A stretch of DNA of 37,246 bases from Pseudomonadota bacterium. GTDB taxonomy: Bacteria > UBA10199 > 2-02-FULL-44-16 > JAAZCA01. Each line of letters opens with the position of its first letter. The first letter of the stretch is position 1. The translations under genes and the position numbers were made by a program. Below the pieces are notes generated by a model, which made no database searches, was not told the DNA's origin, and saw only the letters and a program-made list of their open reading frames with translations. The DNA is taken from assembly GCA_043798915.1 (NCBI GenBank), contig JAZDOG010000078.1, positions 1 through 37,246 of the forward strand. The letters are read 5' to 3'. Positions 1 to 9,291 of the stretch are shown here, in pieces.

Positions 1-260
1 AAAATCGTGATTATTGCGCAGGATGAGATTGCCGAAATGATCTGGATGTGCGATAAGGTGTTCAGTGGAAACGCTTATTACATCAGTATTAGCGCCCATT
101 ATCATTCGCACGGAATCCAGACAATTCGGAGGTGGTCATGATGACGCTCATGGATGGGATCGAGCAGCGTGCACATAAAACGTGCCCGCTACTCAACGGC
201 TGCGTATCGACCCCCGGTCGCATGCATGGCGGCGACCAAAATTGAAATCCTTGGAGGACG

Positions 261-304
261 AAAAAAAGAATGGGAGGGCAAAAAACGCCCTCCCATTCTT
301 TTTT
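261..304 (-). terminator. Intrinsic terminator downstream of the tRNA-Lys/tRNA-Glu pair (possibly bidirectional)
   Basis: Inverted repeat AAAAAAGAATGGGAGGGC / GCCCTCCCATTCTTTTTT with A and T tracts on either side, abutting the tRNA-Glu 3' end. Confidence 0.8.
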
Positions 305-305
305 G

Positions 306-378
306 CGTCCCCACGGGGATTCGAACCCCGGTCGCCGCCGTGAAAGGGCGGTATCCTTGGCCTCTAGATGATGGGGAC
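306..378 (-). tRNA. tRNA-Glu (TTC), CCA not encoded
   Basis: Reverse complement GTCCCCA...CCGCC-CTTTCAC-GGCGG...GGTTCGAATCC...TGGGGACG folds as a cloverleaf with anticodon TTC. Confidence 0.95.
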
Positions 379-460
379 GAAAATTTTCGTTAGAAAATTT
401 TCTCCGATACACGATATTCGATATACGGTCTTAAATGTCTATGATTTTTTCGGCACTCAG

Positions 461-533
461 TGAGCCGCCCGGGATTCGGACCCGGGACCCCATCCTTAAA
501 AGGGATGTGCTCTGCCAACTGAGCTAGCGGCCC
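461..533 (-). tRNA. tRNA-Lys (TTT), CCA not encoded, atypical T-loop TCCGAAT
   Basis: Reverse complement GGGCCGCTAGCTCAGTTGGCAGAGCA-CATCC-CTTTTAA-GGATG...CCGGG-TCCGAAT-CCCGG-GCGGCTCA. Confidence 0.92.
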
Positions 534-558
534 GCTCAGGGCCGAAAAAATCCGGGTG

Positions 559-587
559 AAGCTAACAGAGCGGTATTTCTATGTCAA
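559..587 (-). promoter_or_regulatory. sigma70-type promoter for tRNA-Lys/tRNA-Glu
   Basis: Minus strand TTGACA-17 nt-TAGCTT, 25 nt upstream of tRNA-Lys. Confidence 0.65.
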
Positions 588-607
588 CGCGGTGAATGTT
601 TTTTTAT

Positions 608-636
608 TTGACAAGAACACCCCGATTCCAGAGACT
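608..636 (+). promoter_or_regulatory. Putative sigma70 promoter for the histone gene, divergent from the tRNA promoter
   Basis: TTGACA-17 nt-GAGACT preceded by a T-rich tract. Confidence 0.5.
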
Positions 637-670
637 ACCCCCTCGATTTGATAACCCAGGGAGGGTATGT

Positions 671-850
671 ATGGCGAACGAGACATTGGTGGTGGTGTCG
701 AAGGTGAAGGAGTACGTGAAGGGCAAGGGTCTGCAGACGTCAGAGACCGCGGTCGACGCGCTGTCGAACAGCGTCCGCGAACTCCTCGACAAGGCCGCCG
801 AGAGGGCGAAGGACAACGGCCGGCAGACGATCAAGGACAGAGATATCTAG
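671..850 (+). CDS. Bacterial histone (single histone fold, Bd0055/HBb- or Leptospira-like), 59 aa
   Basis: MANETLVVVSKVKEYVK...AVDALSNSVRELLDKAAERAKDNGRQTIKDRDI: LVVxSKVK N-terminus and RxTIxxxD L2-alpha3 histone-fold motif; GGAGAGGG upstream of ATG 671. Confidence 0.9.
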   Translation: MANETLVVVSKVKEYVKGKGLQTSETAVDALSNSVRELLDKAAERAKDNGRQTIKDRDI

Positions 851-870
851 TAATAGCTTGGGAATGCCAG

Positions 871-908
871 GAGGGCCCCGCCATCATGCGATGGCAGGGC
901 TCTTTTTT
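871..908 (+). terminator. Intrinsic terminator after the histone gene
   Basis: GC-rich hairpin GAGGGCCCCGCCATC-ATGC-GATGGCAGGGCTC followed by TTTTTT. Confidence 0.65.
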
Positions 909-930
909 GTGCCTGCCCCGTGCTGCCGGG

Positions 931-1593
931 TCAGAGTCGTCTCTCTATAGATGATACCCTTCCATCAAGCTGCGGGCCGCCGCGATGGCGGTCGTAGAAG
1001 CGCGGGCGGGGGAGGATTGCGGCAAGGAACGCGGCTTCGTGTCTGGTGAGGCCGGCCGCTCCCTTGCCGAAATAGTGTTTGGCCGCCGCCTCCGCGCCAT
1101 AGATCCCGTCGCCCCATTCGACGACGTTGAAGTATAGCTCGAGGATGCGCTCCTTGGGCAGCTCCCGCTCGAGTTTTAAGGTGATCAGCAGCTCCTTGAA
1201 CTTCCTGAAGAGGGTCTTGTCGGGGCTCAGATAAAGGTTTCGCGCCAGCTGCATCGTGATCGTCGAGGCCCCGCGGGAGAACCTGCGCCGCTGCCAGTCG
1301 ACCTTTGCGGCCTTTTTTATCGCCTCCCAGTCGAAGCCCGGGTGCTCGAAGAACTGGTCGTCCTCGGCTATCACCACCGCCTGCCTCAGATACTCCGATA
1401 TGCCGGATAACGGCACCCACTTGAAAAACACCTCGTCCCGTCCGGAATCCTCCATAAATGGCGTTTGTCCGGGTTTGAGCCACCGCAGGTGCATCACGGC
1501 GGGCGTGCTGATGCTGGTCGAAAACAGCGAAAACCAGGAAAGCCCTACGATTGCAGCGGCTGCGAAGCCGATATGTCGTTTAGTTATTCTCAT
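931..1593 (-). CDS. mtgA: Monofunctional biosynthetic peptidoglycan transglycosylase
   Basis: GT51 motifs EDDQFFEHPG, GASTITMQLARNL, RKFKE, KERILELYFN; N-terminal hydrophobic anchor; no transpeptidase domain. Confidence 0.92.
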   Translation of the reverse strand: MRITKRHIGFAAAAIVGLSWFSLFSTSISTPAVMHLRWLKPGQTPFMEDSGRDEVFFKWVPLSGISEYLRQAVVIAEDDQFFEHPGFDWEAIKKAAKVDWQRRRFSRGASTITMQLARNLYLSPDKTLFRKFKELLITLKLERELPKERILELYFNVVEWGDGIYGAEAAAKHYFGKGAAGLTRHEAAFLAAILPRPRFYDRHRGGPQLDGRVSSIERRL

Positions 1594-1668
1594 CCAGCAT
1601 AGTTAAACATAATATCGAAGATTGTTCAAACGGCTTGAACTGCCCGCTGGTTTTTGTATAGTCCCACC

Positions 1669-2226
1669 ATGGGCGTCAAGGCAGACCGTTGGATCAGGAC
1701 GATGGCCTTCGAGCGGGGCATGATCGAGCCCTTCGAGGAATCGCAGGTACGCACGGGAATCTCCTATGGGCTCGGCTCCTATGGCTATGATTTCCGCATC
1801 GGCCGGACCTTCAAGATATACGAGCCCGCGGCGAGCGGGGTCATGGATCCCAAGAACTTCGCCCATGTCCATTTCCGCGACTTCGAGGGGGACATCTGCG
1901 AGATACCGCCGGGCAGCTACGCGCTCGCCCAGACCGTCGAGTACTTCAGGATCCCGCGCGACGTGGTCACGATCTGCGTCGGCAAATCCACCTACGCCCG
2001 CTGCGGCGTGCACATACACGTCACGCCGTTTGAGCCGGAGTGGGAGGGGCACGCGACGATAGCCATCTCCAATGCGACGCCGCTGCCGGCCCGCGTATAC
2101 GCGGGGGAGGGCATCGGGCAGATCCTCTTCCTCGGCGCTGACGAGTCGTGCGCGGTTTCGTACGCCGACAAGAAGGGCAAATATCAGGCGCAGAAGGAAA
2201 TAACCGTCGCGAAGGGGAGAGGCTAA
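1669..2226 (+). CDS. dcd: dCTP deaminase
   Basis: [42 protein letters not shown] motifs. Confidence 0.93.
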   Translation: MGVKADRWIRTMAFERGMIEPFEESQVRTGISYGLGSYGYDFRIGRTFKIYEPAASGVMDPKNFAHVHFRDFEGDICEIPPGSYALAQTVEYFRIPRDVVTICVGKSTYARCGVHIHVTPFEPEWEGHATIAISNATPLPARVYAGEGIGQILFLGADESCAVSYADKKGKYQAQKEITVAKGRG

Positions 2227-2229
2227 GGC

Positions 2230-2688
2230 ATGCACGAGAGCCGCGTCTATTATAACATCTTTGAGGCGAATGCCCAGATCCCAAGGCTCGAGCACCTCTT
2301 CGCCGAGCTGGCGAAGATACAGCGGCAGGTCAACGCCCTCTCCCGCAGGGCCCTTGAACTCGGCGTGGAACTCAGCTTCGACATCGACGCCGAGGCCTGC
2401 AACAATCTCCATCCGCTAAAGGGGCAGCTCGCGGACAAGATGAAGGCATTTTCGGAAGAGTATTCCGATAAGCTCCACGAAATTGCGGCGCTCGGGGTCA
2501 TAGTCGACGACCTCGACATGGGGATCGTCAACTTCTATTCGTGGATCGACGGCCGCGAGATATTCCTGTCGTGGCAGTACGGCGAACCGGAGATAGCGCA
2601 CTGGCACGCGGTGACCGAGAACGCCATTGCCCGCCGCCCCTTGAAGAAGCTTGTCTCCTCCAGGCCGGCAGAGGCGAGTCTGCACTGA
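2230..2688 (+). CDS. DUF2203-family protein
   Basis: EANAQIP N-terminal helix and DLDMGIVNF...FLSWQYGEPEIAHWH...RRP C-terminal signature. Confidence 0.75.
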   Translation: MHESRVYYNIFEANAQIPRLEHLFAELAKIQRQVNALSRRALELGVELSFDIDAEACNNLHPLKGQLADKMKAFSEEYSDKLHEIAALGVIVDDLDMGIVNFYSWIDGREIFLSWQYGEPEIAHWHAVTENAIARRPLKKLVSSRPAEASLH

Positions 2689-2690
2689 TT

Positions 2691-3215
2691 ATGTCCTATC
2701 TCATCGACCGAAATACGAAGATGACGCTTTTGGAGCGGCTCTATCTCCCTGAGATCATCCGCGGCATGTGCATCACGGGGCTGCATTTCTTCCGCAACTT
2801 GATCCACATGGACCGCAGGATCACCATAGAATATCCGGAGCAGGAGAAACGCATCCCGCCGGGCTACCGCGCGGAGCACCGCCTGATGAAGAGGGAGGAC
2901 GGCTCGATACGCTGCACCGCATGCATGCTCTGCGCTACGATATGTCCCGCGGGCTGCATCGAGATAGAGGCGGAAGAGGTCGCCGATCCTTCGATCGAAA
3001 AGCGGGCGAAGCGCTACACCATCAACGAGTTGCGCTGTGTCTTCTGCGGTTTCTGCGTGGAGGCCTGTCCCTGCGATGCGATAAGGATGGATACGGGGAT
3101 GTTCAAGAACGCGAGCTTCGACCGGTCATCGATGATCTACCACAAAGAATTGCTCCTTGCGAATCATCCCGATAACTCAAGCCCGCTGTCGGTGGCGCTG
3201 GGTGGGGGGGCGTGA
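2691..3215 (+). CDS. nuoI: NADH-quinone oxidoreductase subunit I (2x[4Fe-4S])
   Basis: [18 protein letters not shown] and [12 protein letters not shown] ferredoxin motifs. Confidence 0.9.
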   Translation: MSYLIDRNTKMTLLERLYLPEIIRGMCITGLHFFRNLIHMDRRITIEYPEQEKRIPPGYRAEHRLMKREDGSIRCTACMLCATICPAGCIEIEAEEVADPSIEKRAKRYTINELRCVFCGFCVEACPCDAIRMDTGMFKNASFDRSSMIYHKELLLANHPDNSSPLSVALGGGA

Positions 3216-4168
3216 TGAAAGATTATTACCATATCCTCGGCGTGCCCAGGGGGGGCTCGGAGGAAGAGATCAAGAAGGCCTATCGCCGGCTCGCGAAGCA
3301 GCACCATCCCGACGTCAACAAGGGCGACAAGCAGGCAGAGGAGCGCTTCAAGGAGATATCCGAGGCCTACAACGTCCTCTCCGATCCTGATCAGCGCAAA
3401 AAATACGACATGTTCGGCTCCGCTGCCGAAGGGATGGGGGGAGGCCCCGGCTTCAGGTGGGAACCCGGTGCGCGCGGTGCTGGCGTCAATGGCGCAGACA
3501 TGGGCGATCTGGGGGACCTCTTCAGCGAGCTCTTCAACATGGGCGGTGTGCGAAGGGGAGAATACAGCCAGGCTTGGGGCCGCGGAGCTTCTGCAGGTCC
3601 GGGGCGCAGAACCTCGCGCGAGGCGCCTGTCAACGGGCAGGACACCTACGCGGACATTGAAGTCAGTTTCGATGAGGCGATCGCCGGGACGGAGAGAAAG
3701 ATTTCAGTCAGGCGCGGTGACAAGACAGAGAGGCTCACGGTCAAGATCCCTGCCGGCGTCGACAACGGCTCCAAGGTGCGCATTGCCGGCAAGGGGCAGG
3801 AGGGCTTCGGCGGCGGGCGTGCGGGCGATCTCTATCTCCGCATCCACGTCACGCCGCATCGCGATTTCTGGCGCGAGGATGCCGACATCTACACGGAGGT
3901 CCCGATCACCGTGTACAATGCGATCCTCGGCGCTTCAGTCGAGGTGCCGACGCTTGCCGGCCATTCGCACATGAAGATCCCCTCCGGGACGGAGAGCGGG
4001 CAGAAATTCCGCATCCCCGGCAGGGGCGCGCCGTCGCTCGAGAAGAAGGGAAAGACGGGAGACCAGTACGTGATCGTGAAGATCATTCCGCCAAAAAAAC
4101 TTTCGGCCGACGCGCGAAAGACCTTCGAGTCTCTTGCGAAGGAATTTCCGTACGAACCGAAAGAATAA
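3212..4168 (+). CDS. Class II DnaJ/CbpA-type co-chaperone (start 3212 GTG or 3215 ATG)
   Basis: [14 protein letters not shown]-domain motif, G/F-rich linker, DnaJ C-terminal domains, no zinc finger. Confidence 0.9.
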   Translation: MMKDYYHILGVPRGGSEEEIKKAYRRLAKQHHPDVNKGDKQAEERFKEISEAYNVLSDPDQRKKYDMFGSAAEGMGGGPGFRWEPGARGAGVNGADMGDLGDLFSELFNMGGVRRGEYSQAWGRGASAGPGRRTSREAPVNGQDTYADIEVSFDEAIAGTERKISVRRGDKTERLTVKIPAGVDNGSKVRIAGKGQEGFGGGRAGDLYLRIHVTPHRDFWREDADIYTEVPITVYNAILGASVEVPTLAGHSHMKIPSGTESGQKFRIPGRGAPSLEKKGKTGDQYVIVKIIPPKKLSADARKTFESLAKEFPYEPKE

Positions 4169-4184
4169 AATCAGGAGGATTCAT

Positions 4185-5363
4185 ATGGCTCGCTCAGTTA
4201 TTGTATCCGCAGCACGCACGCCGGTGGGGAGTTTTCAGGGAAAGCTCTCGTCGTTCAAGTCCACCGAACTCGGCTCCTTTGCCATCCGCGAGGCAGTGAA
4301 GAGGTCCGGCATCGACGCAAGGGAGGTGGGCGAGGTTATCATGGGCTGCGTGTTGCCGGCCGGCCTCGGACAGTCACCCGCGCGCCAGGCTTCGCTCGGC
4401 GCCGGCATTCCAAAAGAGGTGAGCGTGCTGACCATCAACAAGGTCTGCAGCTCGGGGCTCCGCTCAGTGATGCTCGCCGACCAGCTCATCCGTTCCGGCG
4501 ACTGCCAGATCGTCGTAGCCGGCGGGATGGAGTCGATGACGAACTCGCCGTATCTGATGCCAGGCGCGCGCGGTGGCCTCCGGCTAGGCGACGCGAAGAT
4601 CGTCGACAGCATGGTCCTCGACGGTCTCTGGGACATATACACAAACCAGCACATGGGCAGCTGCGCGGAGCTCTGCGCAGAGAAATACGGCTTCACCCGC
4701 CAGATTCAGGATGCGTTCGCGGAAAGGAGCTACAAGAAGGCCCTCGCTGCGATCGAATCCGGCGCGTTCAAGGACGAGATCGTCTCGGTCCCGGTCCCGC
4801 AGAAGAAGGGCGAGCCTGTCATGTTTGACACGGACGAGGAGCCGGGGAGGGTGAAGTTCGACAAGATTCCAACGCTCAAGGCGTCCTTCAAGAAGGACGG
4901 GACGGTGACCGCCGCGAATGCGAGCTCTATCTCCGACGGGGGCGCGGCGTTCGTGGTGATGTCCGAGGAGCGCGCCAAAAAGGCCGGGCTGAAGCCCCTG
5001 GCCTCGATCGTCGCGCACGCGACATTTTCACAGGAGCCGGAGTGGTTCACGACGGCCCCGGTCGGCGCCATGAAGCGGACGCTGGAGCGCGCCGGGCTCA
5101 AGATATCCGACGTCGACCTCTTCGAAATCAACGAGGCCTTCTCGGCCGTGACGCTTGCCGCGATCAAGGAATTCTCGCTCGACGTGGGGAAGGTCAACGT
5201 GGGCGGCGGCTCGGTCGCCATCGGCCATCCGATCGGCGCATCGGGCGGGCGCATACTCACCACACTCCTCTACGCGATGAAGCACCGCGGCGCAAAGAGG
5301 GGGCTCGCGACGCTCTGCAACGGCGGCGGTGAGGCGACGGCCATGATCGTTGAGGCATGCTGA
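4185..5363 (+). CDS. Acetyl-CoA C-acetyltransferase (thiolase)
   Basis: INKVCSSG nucleophile, NEAF, GHPIGASG, CNGGG; AGGAGG SD. Confidence 0.93.
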   Translation: MARSVIVSAARTPVGSFQGKLSSFKSTELGSFAIREAVKRSGIDAREVGEVIMGCVLPAGLGQSPARQASLGAGIPKEVSVLTINKVCSSGLRSVMLADQLIRSGDCQIVVAGGMESMTNSPYLMPGARGGLRLGDAKIVDSMVLDGLWDIYTNQHMGSCAELCAEKYGFTRQIQDAFAERSYKKALAAIESGAFKDEIVSVPVPQKKGEPVMFDTDEEPGRVKFDKIPTLKASFKKDGTVTAANASSISDGGAAFVVMSEERAKKAGLKPLASIVAHATFSQEPEWFTTAPVGAMKRTLERAGLKISDVDLFEINEAFSAVTLAAIKEFSLDVGKVNVGGGSVAIGHPIGASGGRILTTLLYAMKHRGAKRGLATLCNGGGEATAMIVEAC

Positions 5364-5380
5364 ATTTGAGAGGGACTGAC

Positions 5381-6154
5381 ATGCAATTCAAGAACATCAT
5401 AGTCGAGAAGGATGGCAGCACTTGCACGATCACGATCAACCGCCCCGAGGTGCGAAACGCACTCAATCTGGAGACGGTGGGTGAGATCGGGGCCGCGGTA
5501 AAGCAGGCGGGCGGCGACAAGGGCGCGAGGGCGGTCATCATCACAGGCAGCGGAGAGAAGGCCTTTGTCTCCGGAGCCGATATTGCTGCGATGCGCGACA
5601 TGAAGGAAGCGGAGGCGAAGAGATTTGCGGAGGCAGGGCACGCCTGCATGCGGGCTATCGAATCGTGTCCGAAGCCGGTCATTGCTGCCGTGAACGGCTT
5701 CGCGCTCGGCGGCGGGACGGAACTGACGATAGCATGCGATATCGCCTTCGCAGCTGACACGGCCAGGTTTGGGCTGCCGGAGGTGAAGCTCGGCCTCTAT
5801 CCGGGGTTTGGCGGCACTCAGCGCCTGCCGCGCCTCATCGGTTCTATGCGCGCGCGCGAGCTCATCTTCACCGGCCGGATCATCGATGCGAGGGAGGCCC
5901 TTGAGTGGGGCATCGTCAGCCGCGTGGTGCCGCAGGCGGAGCTTATGCCTGAGGCGCGAAAACTTGCGGCCGAGATCGCGGGCAATGGCCCTGTTGCTAT
6001 CGCCGCGGCAAAGAGCCTCGTGGTCAGGGGCATGAACCTTGGTCTGGAGAGTGCGCTCGACAATGAGAGGATTGAGTTTGCAAGGCTCTTCACCACAGCC
6101 GACCGGATCGAAGGGCTCACTGCATTTCTGGAGAAGCGGAAGCCGAACTTTTAA
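5381..6154 (+). CDS. Enoyl-CoA hydratase/crotonase
   Basis: AFVSGADI, AVNGFALGGGTEL, PEVKLGLYPGFGGTQRL. Confidence 0.92.
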   Translation: MQFKNIIVEKDGSTCTITINRPEVRNALNLETVGEIGAAVKQAGGDKGARAVIITGSGEKAFVSGADIAAMRDMKEAEAKRFAEAGHACMRAIESCPKPVIAAVNGFALGGGTELTIACDIAFAADTARFGLPEVKLGLYPGFGGTQRLPRLIGSMRARELIFTGRIIDAREALEWGIVSRVVPQAELMPEARKLAAEIAGNGPVAIAAAKSLVVRGMNLGLESALDNERIEFARLFTTADRIEGLTAFLEKRKPNF

Positions 6155-6192
6155 GGGAAGTGACGAGAATTGTCACAAAAACCGGAGGGATC

Positions 6193-7503
6193 ATGCGGAA
6201 TGTGTATGCTGTGGCGGCAGGAGTCTCGAAGTTCAAGAAGGCGAGGCCAGACAAGACGTTTCAGGCGATCGTGAAGGAGGCGGTCGATGCGGTGGTCACA
6301 GACCTCGGCCTTCCATACAAGAAGTTCGTTGAGCTCGTGGACGGGTCGGTGGCGTCATATTTCTCCGACCACTTCACGCGTCAGCTGATGGCCGGCATCA
6401 TGGTGCAGGATTATCTTGGCCTGTGCCCCAAGCCCAGCCACAGGGTGGAGGGTGGCGGCGCGACCGGCGGCATCTGCCTGCAGGAGGGATACAAGAACAT
6501 CGCCTCCGGCCTCATGGACGTCTGCCTCTGCTACGGCTTCGAGACGATGAGCCATGTGAACACATGGAAGGGCAACGAGTTTATCGCGCTGGCGAGCGAT
6601 ATCTCATTCGATTTCCCGGTCGGCGGTTTCTACACCGGCTATTATGCGATGATGGTCGTGCGCCATATGCAGGAGTTCGGCACGACCGTCGAGCAGATGG
6701 CTCACGTGTCGGTCAAAAATCATGCCAACGCATTTCACAACCCGTATGCGCAGAAGCGGCAGCGCCTTTCGATCAAGGACGTGCGCGAGGCGCCGATGAT
6801 CTCGTGGCCGCTCACGCGCCTGGACATCTGCGTGATGAGCGATGGCGCTGCGGCGGTGGTCGTGGCTTCGGAGGAGGGCGTTGCCAAGCTAGAAAAGGCT
6901 GCCGGGCGCACGCTCCCGAAGGTGAAGATCACCGGCATCGGCCGCGGCACGGATGCGATGAGGCTCTCGGACCGGCCACACCTCAAGGTTCCGCTTCTGC
7001 CCAACGAGTCCGCCTCCGATTACAAGGATCTCGATTACCCGGGCGTCCATTCCTTCCGAGCCGGAAGGATGGCCTCGCTTCATGCGTACAAGCACGCCGG
7101 CATCACGGACCCTCTCAAGGAGATCGACTTCGTGGAACTCCACGATGCATACACCTCTTCGGAGATTCAGACTTATGAGGACATGGGCCTTTGCAAGTAT
7201 GGCGAGGGAGGGGAGTTTGCCGCCTCGGGAAAGACGTTTGTGCCCGGGATCGAATACGGCCTGAAGCTCGCGCATGAGCCTGTCTGTCCTGTGAATCCCT
7301 CGGGCGGCCTCATCGCGTGCGGTCATCCGGTGGGCGCTACGGGCCTGATGCAGGCGGCATTCGCCATGTGGCAGCTCATGGGTTCGATCGAGACGCACTT
7401 TGGCGACCCGGCGCTGCAGCTCAAAAATCCCAAGCGCGGCGCGATCCACTCGCATGCCGGGACCGGCACCTATGTCACGGTTTCGATACTCGAGAAGGAG
7501 TGA
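6193..7503 (+). CDS. SCP-x/archaeal-type thiolase-fold protein lacking the nucleophilic Cys
   Basis: VEGGGATGG in place of the CxSG motif, SDGAAA, ELHDAYT, VNPSGG...GHPVGATG; GGAGG SD; DUF35 gene downstream. Confidence 0.85.
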   Translation: MRNVYAVAAGVSKFKKARPDKTFQAIVKEAVDAVVTDLGLPYKKFVELVDGSVASYFSDHFTRQLMAGIMVQDYLGLCPKPSHRVEGGGATGGICLQEGYKNIASGLMDVCLCYGFETMSHVNTWKGNEFIALASDISFDFPVGGFYTGYYAMMVVRHMQEFGTTVEQMAHVSVKNHANAFHNPYAQKRQRLSIKDVREAPMISWPLTRLDICVMSDGAAAVVVASEEGVAKLEKAAGRTLPKVKITGIGRGTDAMRLSDRPHLKVPLLPNESASDYKDLDYPGVHSFRAGRMASLHAYKHAGITDPLKEIDFVELHDAYTSSEIQTYEDMGLCKYGEGGEFAASGKTFVPGIEYGLKLAHEPVCPVNPSGGLIACGHPVGATGLMQAAFAMWQLMGSIETHFGDPALQLKNPKRGAIHSHAGTGTYVTVSILEKE

Positions 7504-7508
7504 AAAAT

Positions 7509-7589
7509 TCTCCCTCCCCTTGTGGGAGGGAGTCAGAGGGAGGGGGCCCCTCACCCTGACCCTCTCCCACGAGGGGAGAGGGAAAAGAG
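7509..7589. repeat. REP-like palindromic element (inverted pair of ~36-nt units)
   Basis: TCTCCCTCCCCTTGTGGGAGGGAGTCAGAGGGAGGGGG followed by its imperfect reverse complement CCCCTCACCCTGACCCTCTCCCACGAGGGGAGAGGG; related copy at 27281-27403. Confidence 0.8.
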
Positions 7590-7634
7590 GTTGATGTATC
7601 AGAAAACTCACTATTATTAACACGAGGATATTAT

Positions 7635-8168
7635 ATGAAAAACAAGAACTTAAATAGAAAAGTTGAAGAAACAAGTGAAGGAACTGTCCTCTTTAATGTG
7701 CCATATCCCAAAAACCCAGAGGCTCTCAAGGGTATGTCGCCTATCATTATAAAGCAGCCCTACCAGATAGACTACATCCACAGCTACGGTCAGGATTCCC
7801 CCTGGTTTGCGGCGCTGGCCAACGGCAAGCTCCTCGCCAGCCGATGTTCCGCCTGCGGCAAGGCGTGGCCCACGCCGCGCGGGGCCTGCACGGAGTGCGG
7901 CGGCGAGACCGACTGGCTGGAACTCCCGCTTGAGGGAAAGGTGCACACCTTCACCGTCTGTCACTTCGGTGCCGAGGCGTTTCTGGATCAGACGCCGTTT
8001 GTCCTCGCGATGATCGAATTTCCGCAGACGCAGACGCTTCTGCTCACACGGCTCATGGGCGTGGATCCGCATGAGGCCACCCTCAACTGGGTGGGGATGA
8101 AGGTGCATGCGAAATTTCGCCGCAATTCGCAGTTCAATCCAACTGATGTGTATTTTGTTCCAGCATAG
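7635..8168 (+). CDS. DUF35 Zn-ribbon/OB-fold protein (thiolase partner)
   Basis: RCSACGK...PRGACTECG zinc ribbon, GKVHTFTV, GMKVHAKF OB-fold strands. Confidence 0.88.
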   Translation: MKNKNLNRKVEETSEGTVLFNVPYPKNPEALKGMSPIIIKQPYQIDYIHSYGQDSPWFAALANGKLLASRCSACGKAWPTPRGACTECGGETDWLELPLEGKVHTFTVCHFGAEAFLDQTPFVLAMIEFPQTQTLLLTRLMGVDPHEATLNWVGMKVHAKFRRNSQFNPTDVYFVPA

Positions 8169-8183
8169 GAAGGGTGCAGAAGG

Positions 8184-9185
8184 TTATCTGTGTCTGCTGG
8201 CTGCCTGGGGGTTCTTCTCTATGAACTCGATGAATCTCTTCATGAGTTCCGGGTCCCAGTAGCCGTTCTCGGTCTCTTCCTTCAGCGTGCGGATCGTCTC
8301 GTCGAACGAGAAGGCGTTTTTGTAAGGCCGCTCCGTCGACATCGCATCGAACGCGTCGATGATCTGGAAGACGCGGGCGAGGTAGGGGATCGAATCGCCC
8401 ACGATGCCGTCGGGATAGCCCATGCCGTTCCACCTCTCGTGGTGGTGGCGGATGATGGGGGTGACGTCAGAAAGCGACCGGAGCGGAAAGCATATCTCTT
8501 CGCCGACGACCGGATGCGTGCGCATGATCTCCCACTCATCCTCCGTGAGCTTGCCGGGCTTGAGGAGTATCGAATCCGGTATGCCTATCTTGCCAACGTC
8601 GTGCAGGATGCTCGCGCGCTCGAGCGAGCGTATCGACTTTTCGTCCAGGTCCAGGAATTTGCCGAACTGCTGTGAGAGGCGGATCAGCCTGTCGCAGTGG
8701 TCGCCCGTTGTCGTGTCCTTCGCCTCGACCGCGCGGGCAAGCGAGAGGACCACCGACTCGGCGTGATCGAGGTCGTCGTTGAGGCGCTTCACCTGGCCGA
8801 GGGCATGGACGCGGGCGATGAGTTCCAGCCTGTCGATTGGCTTCGAGATGAAGTCGTCGCAGCCGGCCTGTATCCCCTTGATCCTGTCATCGCGCTCCTG
8901 GAGGGCGGTGACGATGACGATGGGGACGAGCCTCGTCGTCTCGCTGCCCTTCAAGCGCCTGCAGACCTCGAAGCCGTCCATCCCCGGCATCATGACGTCG
9001 AGCAGGATCACATCCGGGAGCTTCTTCCATATCTTGTCGATCGCCTCCTGTCCGGAGATCGCCCGTTCCACGACGCAGCCATGTGGCGTGAGCATCTTCT
9101 CGATGACGAGGAGGTTCGTCGTGTCGTCATCGACCGCCAGGATGGTGAGAGGTTCGGCAAACTTTGGGAGATTTAGATTTTCCAT
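8184..9185 (-). CDS. Response regulator with HD-GYP c-di-GMP phosphodiesterase domain (RpfG-like)
   Basis: REC domain (AVDDD, LLDVMMPGMDG, SKP) plus LHDVGKIG, HHERWNGMGYP, RPYK. Confidence 0.93.
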   Translation of the reverse strand: MENLNLPKFAEPLTILAVDDDTTNLLVIEKMLTPHGCVVERAISGQEAIDKIWKKLPDVILLDVMMPGMDGFEVCRRLKGSETTRLVPIVIVTALQERDDRIKGIQAGCDDFISKPIDRLELIARVHALGQVKRLNDDLDHAESVVLSLARAVEAKDTTTGDHCDRLIRLSQQFGKFLDLDEKSIRSLERASILHDVGKIGIPDSILLKPGKLTEDEWEIMRTHPVVGEEICFPLRSLSDVTPIIRHHHERWNGMGYPDGIVGDSIPYLARVFQIIDAFDAMSTERPYKNAFSFDETIRTLKEETENGYWDPELMKRFIEFIEKNPQAASRHR

Positions 9186-9291
9186 AGGGGGCTATGTAAA
9201 TGATATCAGCGCGGAGGTCAAGAAAGCTGTCGGATTGGCGGGCCACTATGGCCTTGAAAACGCCTGATGGCAGGGTATAGGATGCCCGCCT

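Noticed and set aside
1..245. Possible ORF end (frame 1 to TGA at 139-141) and a 35-aa ORF at 138-245 behind GGAGG
   Set aside because: Truncated or very short, with no recognisable motif; cannot be supported from this window
89..412. ORFs 89-412 (-) and 154-393 (+)
   Set aside because: Overlap tRNA-Glu and its terminator; shadow ORFs
7509..7589. Repeat considered as a CRISPR remnant
   Set aside because: Units are inverted rather than direct repeats with spacers, and no cas genes are present
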